Source of the DNA: an uncultured candidate division Zixibacteria bacterium
GTDB lineage: Bacteria; Zixibacteria; MSB-5A5; RBG-16-43-9
DNA length: 64,000 bases
Direction of reading: 5' to 3'
Assembly: GCA_963713865.1 (NCBI GenBank)
Contig: OY970208.1
Span: 2,144,001 to 2,208,000, forward strand
A program made the translations under genes and the position numbers. Shown piece after piece: positions 34,303 through 45,167 of the stretch (the stretch's first letter is position 1; every line of letters begins with the position of its first letter). The notes beneath the pieces are model-generated. The model searched no databases. It had not been told where the DNA came from and worked only from the letters and a program-made list of their open reading frames with translations.

Positions 34303-35766
34303 ATGGCTTTAAAAAACGCAGAAGAATACAAAGATAGTCTCAGGAAGATGAGACCCAACATCTACAAGTTCGGGGAATTGATTAAGGATGTAACCACCCA
34401 TAAAGCCACAAAAAACACCATCGAAGGTCATTCCCAGATCTTCTCTGCCCAGCACAACCCGGAATATGCAGATCTTGTTACCACAACCTCTCATTTAACC
34501 GGAGAAAAAATCTCCAGATATCTTTCTATCATTCAATCACCGGAAGATATGATAGCCAATTCAAAGATGAAAAGGCTCTTATTCCAGTTGACCGGCACCT
34601 GTACTGGAGGAAGATGTGTGGGCTGGAACTCAATCAATGCGATGTGGGCAACCACTTATGATCTAGATAAAGAGTATGGAACGAGCTATCATGAAAGACT
34701 GAAAAACTGGCTCATCTATGCTCAGAGAAACGACATTACCATAGCAGGAGCTTTAACTGACCCTAAAGGTGATCGAACCAAATCACCCACTCAGCAAAAA
34801 GACCCGGATATGAATTTACATATAGTCGAAGTAAAAGAAAATGGCATAATTGTTAGAGGAGCCAAAGTGATGATCTGTGGAGTTGCCGCCTCTAACGAGA
34901 TCTTCGTCCTGCCTGGCTCTGCCTATAAAGAAGAAGATAAAGACTATGCAGTCTCCTTTGTTATACCCAGAGATATAGAGGGATTAACCATAGTTGAGAC
35001 CAGAAGACCCAGCGATACCCGTGAAGAGGAAGAAGGTTTTGATATACCGGTTAAAAAAGGAGGTATTACTCAGGCTTATCTTTTCTTTGAAGATGTCTTT
35101 GTTCCTATGGAAAGAGTTTTTATGTTCCGTGAATATAAATATGCCTTAAGTGCGGTTTTAAATTTTATTATGCCTTATCGAGCTGCCATAGGTGGGTGCG
35201 TAGCTGGGCAGGGTGATGTAAAAATCGGTGCATCGATCTTAGTTGCCAGAGCCAATGGTCTCTCTTCTAAGCTTTTCAATGAAAAACTAACTAAAATGTA
35301 TATCAATAATGAGACCACCTTTGGAATGGGAATCGCTGCTGCAGTCCTGGGTAAAAAACATCCATCCGGAGTCTGGCAGCCGGATCCATTACTATCCAAT
35401 GTAAACAAAGTACACGTGGCGACATTACCCTATGAAACCTCTATATTAGCCCAGGACATAGCTGGCGGGATTGCAGAGACTGGCTGTATCCCTTCATGCA
35501 AAGATTTCTACGACCCTAAATACGGACACTTAGTCCAGAAATACCTCAAAGCATGCTCTTCCGCCGAATCCAGAGTAAAAGCCGCCAGATTAGTGGAATG
35601 GGCAACCATTGGTGCAGGGGTCCCTGGATGTATGCACGGAGGCGGCTCACCTGACGGTGCCAAATTAGTCATCCGGGCAAATGCTGACTTAGAAAAGAAA
35701 GTAGAAATCGCTAGAAGATTAGCTGGAATAGAAGAGGAAATCCCGGACCCGGAGAAAAGGAAATAA
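34303..35766 (+). CDS. 4-hydroxybutyryl-CoA dehydratase / HpaB-family flavoprotein (divergent)
   Basis: TDPKGDR, GIIVRGAK, FEDVFVP.ERVF, QDIAGG and MHGGGSP motifs; ATG after an AGGAG RBS. Confidence 0.82.
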   Translation: MALKNAEEYKDSLRKMRPNIYKFGELIKDVTTHKATKNTIEGHSQIFSAQHNPEYADLVTTTSHLTGEKISRYLSIIQSPEDMIANSKMKRLLFQLTGTCTGGRCVGWNSINAMWATTYDLDKEYGTSYHERLKNWLIYAQRNDITIAGALTDPKGDRTKSPTQQKDPDMNLHIVEVKENGIIVRGAKVMICGVAASNEIFVLPGSAYKEEDKDYAVSFVIPRDIEGLTIVETRRPSDTREEEEGFDIPVKKGGITQAYLFFEDVFVPMERVFMFREYKYALSAVLNFIMPYRAAIGGCVAGQGDVKIGASILVARANGLSSKLFNEKLTKMYINNETTFGMGIAAAVLGKKHPSGVWQPDPLLSNVNKVHVATLPYETSILAQDIAGGIAETGCIPSCKDFYDPKYGHLVQKYLKACSSAESRVKAARLVEWATIGAGVPGCMHGGGSPDGAKLVIRANADLEKKVEIARRLAGIEEEIPDPEKRK

Positions 35767-35780
35767 AAGCTTGCCAACCC

Positions 35781-35874
35781 TGTCATTGCGAACCATAGGA
35801 GAAGCAATCCGTTTCTTCCTTAGTCAAAGGATTGCTTCGTCGTCTCGCCTTTGGAGGAACTCCTCGCAATGACA
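35781..35874. repeat. TGTCATTGCGA...TCGCAATGACA palindromic element
   Basis: Terminal IR with internal GAAGCAATC/GATTGCTTC. Confidence 0.85.
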
Positions 35875-36305
35875 AATATCCTCTGTTCTCTGTTGGTCTC
35901 CAGTCCCACTCCACCAAAGGCGGACAAATATGGAACCAAAAGAAAAAAAGAAACAAATCCAAAATTTCAACGTCTATAAGTATTAAAGATATGTGTAGAA
36001 TTATAAAACCACTTAACAGTCATAATCTTGACAAGAAGGAGGTGATAAATCAAAAAATAGTTAAGCCGGAAAATTGTGTATCTCCGAATATGATTCAGGC
36101 ATATCGCTGAATCAAGAGTATGTTCTGACCCGCTTCAGATATAAACGAGTTATTTGCTAGCTTTCTGAAAAACAACTGCAAGTTGAAACTTATTGCAGGA
36201 GCGAGGATTAGTTTTGTAATTACTACGGACTGTTAGTAGATGAATTGCATCTTAAAATGCGATTTACCTGTTTGAATGAAGTAAAATTTTAACTACCAAA
36301 AGGAA

Positions 36306-38210
36306 ATGACCATGAGACAAAAAAACCTAATTATTAGCTTTGGCTGGCTTATCTTGATCTGCTTGGTGAGCTCAATCACCTTTGCCCAGACGGCAAAACA
36401 AATCCCTATGCGGGACTTCTTTAAAAATCCGGAAAAAGCCTATTTCCAGATCTCCCCAGACGGAAATTATATCTCCTTTACCCAGCCGTACGAGAAGCGG
36501 ATGAATATTTTCGTTCAGGCTCGGGGCTCAAATGAGGCAAAAAGGATTACTTCCATAACTGACCGGGACCTGTCTGAATACTTCTGGAAAGGGAATGACC
36601 GGCTGCTCTACCTCAAAGATTTTGGCGGTGATGAAAATTTTCACTTGTTTGCAGTTGACAGAGAGGGTAAAGATACCAAAGACCTCACCCCTTTTGACAG
36701 TGTACAGGTAAGGCTCATCGACGACCTGAAGGACCACGACACAGATGTCATTATCGGTATGAATAAACGGAATCGGGAAATTTTCGATGCCTACAGGCTG
36801 AATACTGCCACTGGAGAGCTTACCTTTGTGGCAGAAAACCCCGGTAATATCACCGGGTGGGTAACAGATCATGACGGCAGAATCAGGGTTGCTATAACCA
36901 CAGACGGGGTTAATACCAGTCTCCTCTACCGGGAAAATGAAAAAGATAGTTTCAAGGTAATACTTACCACTAACTTCAAAGAGAGCTTCAGCCCCCTGTT
37001 TTTTACCTTCGACAATAAGAATTTATATGCTGCCTCCAATCTTGGACGGGACAAAGTCGCCATTGTAAAGTTTGATCTGGCAAGCGCCAGGGAAATCGAA
37101 TTAATCTACGAGAATCCGGAGGTAGATGTCGATGGTATGACTTATTCCAGACTGCGAAAAGTGCCAACCGTGATCTCCTATACCACCTGGAAGACCGAAA
37201 GAAAATTCTTGGATAAAGAGACCGAAGATCTTTATAAGAAACTGCAGAAACAACTTCCCGGATACGAGGTTTACATCACCTTTAACAACAAAAACGAGGA
37301 TGTCTTCACTGTTCGAACAATTAGCGACCGCACCCTGGGATCATACTATATTTATGATAAAAGCACAGATAAATTAACCAAGCTGGCAGATAGGAATCCC
37401 TGGTTAAACGAAAATGATTTAGCCGAAATGAAACCGATTTCCTACAAATCCAGAGATGGTCTGACCATTGACGGGTACTTAACTCTCCCCAAAGGCAAAG
37501 GTCAAAAAAATCTGCCTGTGGTGGTCAATCCTCATGGTGGTCCCTGGGCAAGGGATATCTGGGGTTTCAACCCTGAAGTCCAGTTTCTGGCTAACCGGGG
37601 GTATGCGGTACTGCAGATGAATTTCAGAGGCTCAACCGGGTATGGGAAAAAATTCTGGGAAACATCGTTCAAACAGTGGGGCAAAACGATGCAGGATGAC
37701 ATATCAGACGGCGCAAAGTGGCTGATCGATCAGGGAATTGCAGACCCTAAGCGTATAGCCATTTACGGTGGCAGTTACGGCGGCTATGCCACACTCGCCG
37801 GGCTTGCCTTTACTCCGGATCTCTATGCCTGTGGAGTTGACTATGTTGGCGTTTCTAATATGTTCACCTTTATGAAATCAATCCCTCCCTACTGGAAACC
37901 CTATCTTGATATGTTCCATGAGATGGTCGGCGATCCCTCAAAAGATAGCCTGTTATTTGTATCAGTTTCACCAGTCTTTCATGTGGATAAAATTAAGGCA
38001 CCTCTTCTGGTTGCTCAGGGAGCAAAAGATCCTCGCGTGAACCTCAATGAATCCAATCAGATAGTCGAGGCTCTTAAAAAAAGAGGCATTGATGTCCCAT
38101 ATCTGGTCAAGGATAACGAGGGTCACGGGTTCGCTAATGAAGAAAACAGATTCGACTTCTACGAAGCGATGGAGAAATTCTTAGCTAAGCATTTACTGAA
38201 TCAAGAATGA
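36306..38210 (+). CDS. S9 family (prolyl oligopeptidase / acylaminoacyl peptidase-like) secreted peptidase
   Basis: Signal peptide; HGGP, GGSYGG, DPRV and EGHGF. Confidence 0.93.
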   Translation: MTMRQKNLIISFGWLILICLVSSITFAQTAKQIPMRDFFKNPEKAYFQISPDGNYISFTQPYEKRMNIFVQARGSNEAKRITSITDRDLSEYFWKGNDRLLYLKDFGGDENFHLFAVDREGKDTKDLTPFDSVQVRLIDDLKDHDTDVIIGMNKRNREIFDAYRLNTATGELTFVAENPGNITGWVTDHDGRIRVAITTDGVNTSLLYRENEKDSFKVILTTNFKESFSPLFFTFDNKNLYAASNLGRDKVAIVKFDLASAREIELIYENPEVDVDGMTYSRLRKVPTVISYTTWKTERKFLDKETEDLYKKLQKQLPGYEVYITFNNKNEDVFTVRTISDRTLGSYYIYDKSTDKLTKLADRNPWLNENDLAEMKPISYKSRDGLTIDGYLTLPKGKGQKNLPVVVNPHGGPWARDIWGFNPEVQFLANRGYAVLQMNFRGSTGYGKKFWETSFKQWGKTMQDDISDGAKWLIDQGIADPKRIAIYGGSYGGYATLAGLAFTPDLYACGVDYVGVSNMFTFMKSIPPYWKPYLDMFHEMVGDPSKDSLLFVSVSPVFHVDKIKAPLLVAQGAKDPRVNLNESNQIVEALKKRGIDVPYLVKDNEGHGFANEENRFDFYEAMEKFLAKHLLNQE

Positions 38211-38232
38211 AATTTATCTGACCTACTCTGTT

Positions 38233-38257
38233 CGGGCGGGAGTAAAACTCCCGCCCG
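38233..38257 (+). terminator. GC-rich stem-loop after the S9 peptidase gene
   Basis: CGGGCGGGAG-TAAAA-CTCCCGCCCG; no clear U tract. Confidence 0.5.
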
Positions 38258-38425
38258 TAAATATTAATGTAAGTCAAGTATATCCTCTGAATTGCTTGAC
38301 AAAAATAGTAAATCCATGTTACCTTTGATCTGGATATGAAAATGAAATGTCCGACTCCCCGCCAAAGGCGAGGTCGGACCCTATGAAAAACTTATGAATT
38401 CATTTATCTGTAAACATGGAACTTG

Positions 38426-39307
38426 ATGACCAGAGAGCTTAAAGGTTATTTCTTCATCCTTCTAGGTGCAACTCTCTTAGGAAGCATCGGAGTTTTAGGC
38501 AGAGCAATCTATCAATATGAGCCTGACCCGATAAAAGTAGTAACTTACAGGGGAATCATCGCTGCTATATTGCTAATCGGAGCTCTTGCCATATTCAGTC
38601 CCGAAAAACTCAAACTCAAATTAAAAGACCTCTCCTTCTTTGCGATCTACGGATTTTTAAGCGTTACCATGACTTTTATCTTATTCTTTTATGCCATAAA
38701 ATATACCACTGTAGCTATGGCAACGATTTTAATCTACACCTATCCTGCCTGGGTGCTACTGTTCTCTTTGCTAATTTTAAATGAAAAGTTAGATAAACAA
38801 AAAATTACAGCACTACTTTTAACCTTTTCAGGATGTTTACTGGTGGTGCAAATATATAATCCTTCAGTCTTGAAATTTAATCTAAAAGGGATTATCTATG
38901 GTCTGTTTTGCAGTTTGGGAGCCGCTTCTTATACCCTCTTTGGCAAAAAGGCTACTTTTAAATACGATTCCTGGACCGTGGTTTCTTATGCCTTAGGTTT
39001 TGGAGCTTTATTCCTATTATTTTTTCGAGGACCTTATACTCTTTTAAATTTTAATTATCCTGTATCTGCCTGGATTTTTATTTTCACCTTAGCGATAGTC
39101 CCGACCCTCTTAGGATATTCTTTTTATACCAAAGGATTGAAGTATTTGGAAGCAAGCCACGCAGGAATAGTTGCCACCTGGGAGGTAGTGGTCGCAACTG
39201 TTTTAGCCTTCATCATTTTTGAAGAGAAATTATCTCTAATCCAGATATTAGGAGCAGTCTTGATTTTCTGGGGAATTTTTATTATAAAGAAACGTAGAGG
39301 CGTATAG
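38426..39307 (+). CDS. EamA/DMT family transporter
   Basis: About 10 TM segments in two EamA repeats. Confidence 0.88.
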   Translation: MTRELKGYFFILLGATLLGSIGVLGRAIYQYEPDPIKVVTYRGIIAAILLIGALAIFSPEKLKLKLKDLSFFAIYGFLSVTMTFILFFYAIKYTTVAMATILIYTYPAWVLLFSLLILNEKLDKQKITALLLTFSGCLLVVQIYNPSVLKFNLKGIIYGLFCSLGAASYTLFGKKATFKYDSWTVVSYALGFGALFLLFFRGPYTLLNFNYPVSAWIFIFTLAIVPTLLGYSFYTKGLKYLEASHAGIVATWEVVVATVLAFIIFEEKLSLIQILGAVLIFWGIFIIKKRRGV

Positions 39308-39443
39308 AATGCGTCTCCATATTCTGTAGGGGCGGGACTTGAACTCCTGCTCCAACGACCAGCCAGGAGAAATGTAGGGACAGAACATTGTTCTGTCCTC
39401 TCGTTGCGTGTAGGAATTCCAATTCCCGCACAAACAAAAAAAT

Positions 39444-40277
39444 ATGAACAAAATTTACAAAGAAATTCAAAATTTAAAAAGACAATTTTCTTTATCCTCA
39501 ACTGAAGCAAAAGAATACTATAGTATCATCCAGCAGAAATTAGAGAAAGAAACCTCGGTAGTTAAAAAATTAAATCTCCTCAAGGGAAACATTATTTTGG
39601 AATGCTCAACCGGGTCGGGAAACTTCACCCGAAAGCTCTTGGATAAAATCTTGAAACCTGATCAGACTCTTTACACTATCGATTCTTCTCCGGAGATGAT
39701 AAAAAAAATCAGCTCCAGTATCAAAAGAAAAAATCTTCATCCTCAAGTAGCCGAACTGTGGAAACTCCCTTTCCCTGATAACCATTTTGATGCCCTCGTT
39801 TCACATTATACCCTTCACGGCCTTCGTTCCAAAAACCGGGATTTCCTGAAACCTATTAAGGAGATGGTCAGGGTATTAAAACCCGGAGCTCCATTTGTAG
39901 CTATGACTTTTTATTATGCTAAGGGGAAGAATTTGCCAGCTTATTTTTATCACCGCTTAATTCAACTAAATTATCTGGATAAAAAGATGAATTTCTTTGG
40001 TCTTCAGAAACCGGAAATTTATAAAAAGCTTCTAAGGAAAGCTGGATTAAGACAGATTAAATCTAAGGTGATAAATTACGATTCTATTAAATTTCCAGAA
40101 GAACTTAGAAATAAACTCTGGGATGCTCGATTAAAAGAAGAAAAAAGGTTGATTAAAAAAATTAAATCGTCTAAACTAAAAAGGGAAGCTCAAAAAGTTT
40201 TAAAGAGTTTTGAGGATAAACCAGAATTAAAAAAACAGAAAATAGGACCGACCCTTTTATTATGGGGTAAAAAGTAA
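39444..40277 (+). CDS. Class I SAM-dependent methyltransferase
   Basis: LECSTGSG motif I, IDSS, LPFPDNHFD and RVLKPG. Confidence 0.85.
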   Translation: MNKIYKEIQNLKRQFSLSSTEAKEYYSIIQQKLEKETSVVKKLNLLKGNIILECSTGSGNFTRKLLDKILKPDQTLYTIDSSPEMIKKISSSIKRKNLHPQVAELWKLPFPDNHFDALVSHYTLHGLRSKNRDFLKPIKEMVRVLKPGAPFVAMTFYYAKGKNLPAYFYHRLIQLNYLDKKMNFFGLQKPEIYKKLLRKAGLRQIKSKVINYDSIKFPEELRNKLWDARLKEEKRLIKKIKSSKLKREAQKVLKSFEDKPELKKQKIGPTLLLWGKK

Positions 40278-40309
40278 GGGGCACAGCGTGCTGTGCCCTT
40301 GTCAAGAAC

Positions 40310-40383
40310 TGTCATTGCGAGACGAAGGCGAAGTCCCGCCAAAGGCGGGACTTCGTCGTCCAAATGGACTCCTCGCAAAGACA
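40310..40383. repeat. TGTCATT-family element with nested CCCGCCAAAGGCGGG hairpin
   Basis: TGTCATTGCGAG...CTCGCAAAGACA. Confidence 0.8.
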
Positions 40384-40393
40384 CTTAATAATT

Positions 40394-41641
40394 TCACCCC
40401 ATATTCTCAATAATCGCAGTGCCGAACTCCGAGGTTTTTAGCTTAGTAGCACCTTCCATCAACCTTTCCAAGTCATAGGTAACTCTCTTCTGTTTTATCG
40501 TCTCCTGAATACCTTTATAGATTTTCTCAGCTGCTTCTTTCCAGCCAAGATATTCCAACATCATACAACCGGATAAAATCACCGAGCTGGGATTGATCAT
40601 ATCTTTATCTGTATATTTAGGTGCGGTCCCATGGGTGGCTTCAAACAGAGCTATAAAATCACCGATATTTCCACCGGGTGCCATTCCTAAGCCACCTATC
40701 TGAGCGGCACAGGCATCAGAAAGATAATCCCCATTCAGGTTAGGAGTGGCCACAACTTCATATTCATTTGCCCGGGTCAATATCTGCTGAAGCATACTAT
40801 CTGCAATCCGGTCTTTGATCACGACTTTACCTGCTGGAACCTGCCAGTTATAATCCTTTTCCAGCTCAGCTTCAGTTATAATCTTATCCCTGAATTCTTT
40901 TAAGGCTAACTCATAACCCCATTCCCGGAATGCACCTTCGGTATATTTCATAATATTACCCTTATGCACCAGGGTAACCGACTTGCGATTATTCTCTATA
41001 GCATGTTTTATCGCTTTCCGGACTAATCTTTTGGTTCCGGTAACGCTAATCGGTTTTATACCTATACCTGAATCTGACCGGATTTTGGTTTTCATGGTTT
41101 TATTTAAAAAACTGATCACTTTCTTTACCTCTTTGGAACCTTTGCGCCACTCGATTCCAGCATAGACATCCTCGGTATTCTCCCTGAAAATGATTATATT
41201 CATATGCTCTGGATGCTTAACCGGTGAGGGAACACCTTCGAAATATCTAACCGGACGAACACAGGCATAAAGGTTTAACAGCTGCCTTAAGGATACATTC
41301 AGGCTCCTGAATCCTCCACCAATAGGAGTAGTCAAAGGACCTTTTAAAGCTACAATATAATACTTTATCGCATTCAAAGTATCTTTAGGCAGAAGCTCGC
41401 CATACTTCTCCTGAGCTTTTTCACCTGCATAGACATCGAACCAGACGATCTTCCTTTTTCCGCCAAAAGTTTTTTCTACCGCAGAATCCAGAACACGACG
41501 GGATGCCTTCATAATATCCCTACCCACCCCATCCCCTTCAATCACCGGGATAATCGGGTTATCCGGCACCTGGAGTTTATCTTTAACGATCTCTATCTTC
41601 TTACCCTCTGCGGGCGGGGTAATCTTGTTGAACTTAAACAT
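40394..41641 (-). CDS. icd: Isocitrate dehydrogenase (NADP+), E. coli type
   Basis: [37 protein letters not shown] and [10 protein letters not shown] motifs. Confidence 0.96.
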   Translation of the reverse strand: MFKFNKITPPAEGKKIEIVKDKLQVPDNPIIPVIEGDGVGRDIMKASRRVLDSAVEKTFGGKRKIVWFDVYAGEKAQEKYGELLPKDTLNAIKYYIVALKGPLTTPIGGGFRSLNVSLRQLLNLYACVRPVRYFEGVPSPVKHPEHMNIIIFRENTEDVYAGIEWRKGSKEVKKVISFLNKTMKTKIRSDSGIGIKPISVTGTKRLVRKAIKHAIENNRKSVTLVHKGNIMKYTEGAFREWGYELALKEFRDKIITEAELEKDYNWQVPAGKVVIKDRIADSMLQQILTRANEYEVVATPNLNGDYLSDACAAQIGGLGMAPGGNIGDFIALFEATHGTAPKYTDKDMINPSSVILSGCMMLEYLGWKEAAEKIYKGIQETIKQKRVTYDLERLMEGATKLKTSEFGTAIIENMG

Positions 41642-41675
41642 CCTTACTCCTTTCTTTCTTTTTGAAAGTTATTCT

Positions 41676-42176
41676 TTAATCTATTTTGAAATCGCCGTGT
41701 TTCTGAATATGATCAATTAACCCGCCATCGTTCAAGATATTGATCATCGCCTTGGGCAGAGGAGCGAAATTCAGAACAACCCCATTGGTCAAATCTTTTA
41801 TCACTCCTTTTTCTAAATCAATTTCTAGCTCATCACCTGAAGAAATTTTATCCGTGTCGCAGATCATAACCGGCAAACCCACATTAATAGCATTCCGGTA
41901 AAAAATACGGGCAAAAGATTTGGCTAAAACTGCAGAGACTCCAGCCAGTTTGATAATCGTGGGGGCATGCTCTCTGGATGAGCCGCATCCAAAATTCTCA
42001 CCTCCAACTACAAAATCACCTTTCTGGACTTTGGTAGCAAAAGATGTATCTGCATCCTCCAAGACATGCTTAGCCATCTCCGGAAGATTGGAGCGCAGGT
42101 GAAAATATCTGCCTGGAGCAATTAAATCTGTGGAAATATCATCCCCGAATTTAAAGACTTTTCCTTTTAAAATCAT
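41676..42176 (-). CDS. LeuD/HacB-type hydro-lyase small subunit
   Basis: DDISTDLIAPG, NFGCGSSREHA and SFARIFYRN; start moved to MILKGKV. Confidence 0.88.
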   Translation of the reverse strand: MILKGKVFKFGDDISTDLIAPGRYFHLRSNLPEMAKHVLEDADTSFATKVQKGDFVVGGENFGCGSSREHAPTIIKLAGVSAVLAKSFARIFYRNAINVGLPVMICDTDKISSGDELEIDLEKGVIKDLTNGVVLNFAPLPKAMINILNDGGLIDHIQKHGDFKID

Positions 42177-42254
42177 AAATTCCTCTTTTTTGGTAGGGGC
42201 GTATGCAATACACACCTACATTTTCTCGGAGACGCATGCGATGCGTCTCTACGT

Positions 42255-43562
42255 TTATTTTCTTTTCCTTTTTACTACCTTTACTTTTTTGCCTTTAGGT
42301 TTCTTCTTGGTTACAAATTCTCTTGGGTCAACTATTTCCCCGGCAACTGCAGCTGCAACTGCGGTAGCGGGTGAAGCAAGATAGATAAACCCTTCAGGAT
42401 TACCCATCCTCCCTTTGAAATTCCGGTTCATAGTGGAAATACAGCTTTCCCCATCGCCTAAAATCCCTTCATGAACCCCTACACAGGGACCACATCCCGG
42501 AGCTAAGATTGCAGCTCCAAATTCCACTAACTCACGGATATATCCCTTCTTCAGTGCTTCTAAGAAAACCGCCTTTGATGCTGGGACAATTATGAACCTG
42601 GTCTTTTGATTTTTCTTCCTCCCTTTGATTATCTGGCAGGCAACTTCTAAATCTTCTAACCTTCCATTGGTGCATGTTCCCAAAAATACCTGGTCTATCT
42701 TTATCCCTATTGCTTGGTCAATCGGCTTGGTATTATCAACTGTATGCGGGAAAGAGATAGTAGGAACAAGCCTTGAACCATCGATTTTTATCATCCGCTC
42801 ATAAATAGCATTCTCATCCCCTTTAAGGACCTTGAATTTACTTGCTCTCCCATGCTCTTTCAAGAATTTTTCTGTTATTTTATCAGACCCTATTAAACCC
42901 GCCTTCGCACCTGCTTCTATCGCCATATTGGAAAGGGTCATTCGACTACTCATCGACATATTCTCAATAGTATCCCCGGTGAACTCTAACGATTTGTAAG
43001 TAGCTCCATCTGCTCCAATTAAACCTATCAGGTATAAAATTAAATCTTTGGAATAAACTCCAGGCTGGAACTCTCCTGTAACCTCAATCTTGAAGGTCTC
43101 AGGAACCCTGAGCCAGGTCTTGCCTAAGGCAATACCGATAGCCACATCAGTTGAGCCCATTCCAGTAGAAAAAGCTGCCATTGCTCCACCGGTGCAGGTA
43201 TGAGAATCAGCTCCGATCAGGATTTCACCTGGATTGAGGTATGATTCAAATATTATCTGATGGCAGATCCCCATCCCCACGTCCGAAACCTGACAGCCGG
43301 TCTTCTCTGCAAATTTCCTGATGGTCATATGGTCGTTGGAAAGCTCTTTCCTGGGAGAAGGGGCAGAATGGTCGATGAACAAGACTGTCCTTTTAGGATG
43401 AGCTGCTTTTTCCAAATTTATTTTCTGTAATTGTCTTATCGCTAAAGGTGCAGTCCCATCCTGCATTAGACAGACATCCACCTGCACCAGGACTATCTCT
43501 CCAGCTTTTACTTCTCTGCCAGCATGTTTACCGATTATTTTTTCAGCTAAGGTTTTACCCAT
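42255..43562 (-). CDS. LeuC/HacA-type (aconitase family) hydro-lyase large subunit
   Basis: GADSHTCT, GTCTNGR, PGCGPCVG and NRNF.GRMG motifs. Confidence 0.9.
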   Translation of the reverse strand: MGKTLAEKIIGKHAGREVKAGEIVLVQVDVCLMQDGTAPLAIRQLQKINLEKAAHPKRTVLFIDHSAPSPRKELSNDHMTIRKFAEKTGCQVSDVGMGICHQIIFESYLNPGEILIGADSHTCTGGAMAAFSTGMGSTDVAIGIALGKTWLRVPETFKIEVTGEFQPGVYSKDLILYLIGLIGADGATYKSLEFTGDTIENMSMSSRMTLSNMAIEAGAKAGLIGSDKITEKFLKEHGRASKFKVLKGDENAIYERMIKIDGSRLVPTISFPHTVDNTKPIDQAIGIKIDQVFLGTCTNGRLEDLEVACQIIKGRKKNQKTRFIIVPASKAVFLEALKKGYIRELVEFGAAILAPGCGPCVGVHEGILGDGESCISTMNRNFKGRMGNPEGFIYLASPATAVAAAVAGEIVDPREFVTKKKPKGKKVKVVKRKRK

Positions 43563-43684
43563 TTTGTTCCTCTCTGTTCTCTATTTGATATTTGATAACA
43601 ACTTAAATCTGCTTTTGGATGTGTAATTTAAAATAAAAATGGTTTAAAGTCAACTTTTTTTGTGAGATTTTTCGGGGAATAAAT

Positions 43685-43734
43685 TGGAGTATAAACCTTT
43701 AGGTTTATTAGTAAAGCTAAAGCTTTACACTCTA
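43685..43734. repeat. TGGAG...CACTC double-hairpin element (copy of 548-601)
   Basis: AAACCTTTAGGTTT and GTAAAGCTAAAGCTTTAC. Confidence 0.75.
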
Positions 43735-43768
43735 GAAAAACAATCGGGCAACCATAGGTTGCCCGATT
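43735..43768 (-). terminator. Intrinsic terminator after citrate synthase
   Basis: ATCGGGCAACC-TAT-GGTTGCCCGAT followed by TGTTTTT on the minus strand. Confidence 0.6.
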
Positions 43769-43788
43769 TATCTTTCCCTGTCTACTAT

Positions 43789-45093
43789 CTACTTACCTAC
43801 TACATTCTTCTTAATCCATTCAGTAGTCACCGACTTTGGCCGCTCAATTGGAAAGCCCAAACCTCTATCCCAGATAAGTTGCGCTAAAACACCCATCGCC
43901 CGTGAAACTCCGAACAGAACCGTGTAGAAATCATATTCCCTGACCCCGTAATACCACTGCAATACCCCTGAATGTGCATCCACGTTGGGCCAGGGATTTT
44001 TGGCTTTACCATGCTTCGTCAAAATATCAGGCGCAACTTCATAGATCATACTGACTAATTTGAAAAGCTCATCATCCGGCATATGCTTCAGGGCAAATTC
44101 TCTCTGAGCAGTATACCTTGGGTCTGTCTTTCTTAAAACCGCATGTCCGTATCCGGGTATAACCTGCCCGCTATTCAATGTATCCCATAAAGCTTTGGAA
44201 AGTTCTTCCTTGGTAGGGAGCTTCCCGCCTAATTTCTTCATCAGATTCTGAATCCAGCGTAAAACCTCCTGATTAGCCAAGCCATGTAAAGGACCAGCCA
44301 ATCCATTCATACCAGCGGAAAGTGAGTAAAAAGGATCAGACAAAGCGGAGCCAACCAGATGAGTAGTATGTGCGCTGACATTTCCACCTTCATGGTCGCA
44401 GTGCAAAACCAGATATAATCTCATCAGGTCATAGTATTCTGGATTATCAATTCCCATCATACGGGCAAAATTTGCACCCCAATCCAGTTTATTATCTGCG
44501 GGAACTCTTTTACCGTCTTTGTAAGTTCGGCGATAAATATAAGCAGCAATAGCTGGGAGCTTTGCCAGAAGATTCATCGTATCCTCATAGGTAGGATCCC
44601 AGTAATCAGCTTTTGGTATACCCTGATCATATTTATTAGCAAATAAAGATGCGGTCTGAAGGGAAAGGATACCAATAGAAAACTGCGTCATAGGATGCAT
44701 ATTTTTGGGAAGTGCATCCAGAATCTTCCAGGTTTCCTCGGAAACATTTCCTCGGCTCTGCCATTCTTTGGTTACTTCCCTGACATCATCCTCGGTAGGA
44801 AGCTCACCGGTTAGAAGAAGCCAGAAGATTCCTTCCGGCAAGGGTTCTTCCCCACCAGCTGCTTTAGGTAATTTTTCACTAACTTCCGGGATGCTATATC
44901 CACGAAACCTGATCCCTTCCATAGGGTCAAGCAAAGAGGTTTCCCAAACCATACATTTTATACCCCTCATCCCACCGTAAGCTTGCTCAACCGTCGCTTC
45001 AGAAATAACCTTAGCTCCGTACTCCTTTACCAGAGATTTGATCTCGCTCTGTGTCTCTTTAATTTTGTTTATCAGTTTCTCTTTTAAGGGCAT
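43789..45093 (-). CDS. gltA: Citrate (Si)-synthase, eukaryotic/Geobacter type
   Basis: [53 protein letters not shown] and [10 protein letters not shown]. Confidence 0.95.
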   Translation of the reverse strand: MPLKEKLINKIKETQSEIKSLVKEYGAKVISEATVEQAYGGMRGIKCMVWETSLLDPMEGIRFRGYSIPEVSEKLPKAAGGEEPLPEGIFWLLLTGELPTEDDVREVTKEWQSRGNVSEETWKILDALPKNMHPMTQFSIGILSLQTASLFANKYDQGIPKADYWDPTYEDTMNLLAKLPAIAAYIYRRTYKDGKRVPADNKLDWGANFARMMGIDNPEYYDLMRLYLVLHCDHEGGNVSAHTTHLVGSALSDPFYSLSAGMNGLAGPLHGLANQEVLRWIQNLMKKLGGKLPTKEELSKALWDTLNSGQVIPGYGHAVLRKTDPRYTAQREFALKHMPDDELFKLVSMIYEVAPDILTKHGKAKNPWPNVDAHSGVLQWYYGVREYDFYTVLFGVSRAMGVLAQLIWDRGLGFPIERPKSVTTEWIKKNVVGK

Positions 45094-45167
45094 ATCAGTT
45101 CCTCCTGTTTAATTATTTTTTAATATGGAGTGTATCCACCTAAGCCGGATAGCTTTACCTTTCAACC

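Noticed and set aside
36090-36140. c-di-AMP (ydaO) riboswitch suggested by ATCGCTGAATC
   Set aside because: The downstream conserved blocks are absent; only a simple GATTCAG/CTGAATC hairpin is present.
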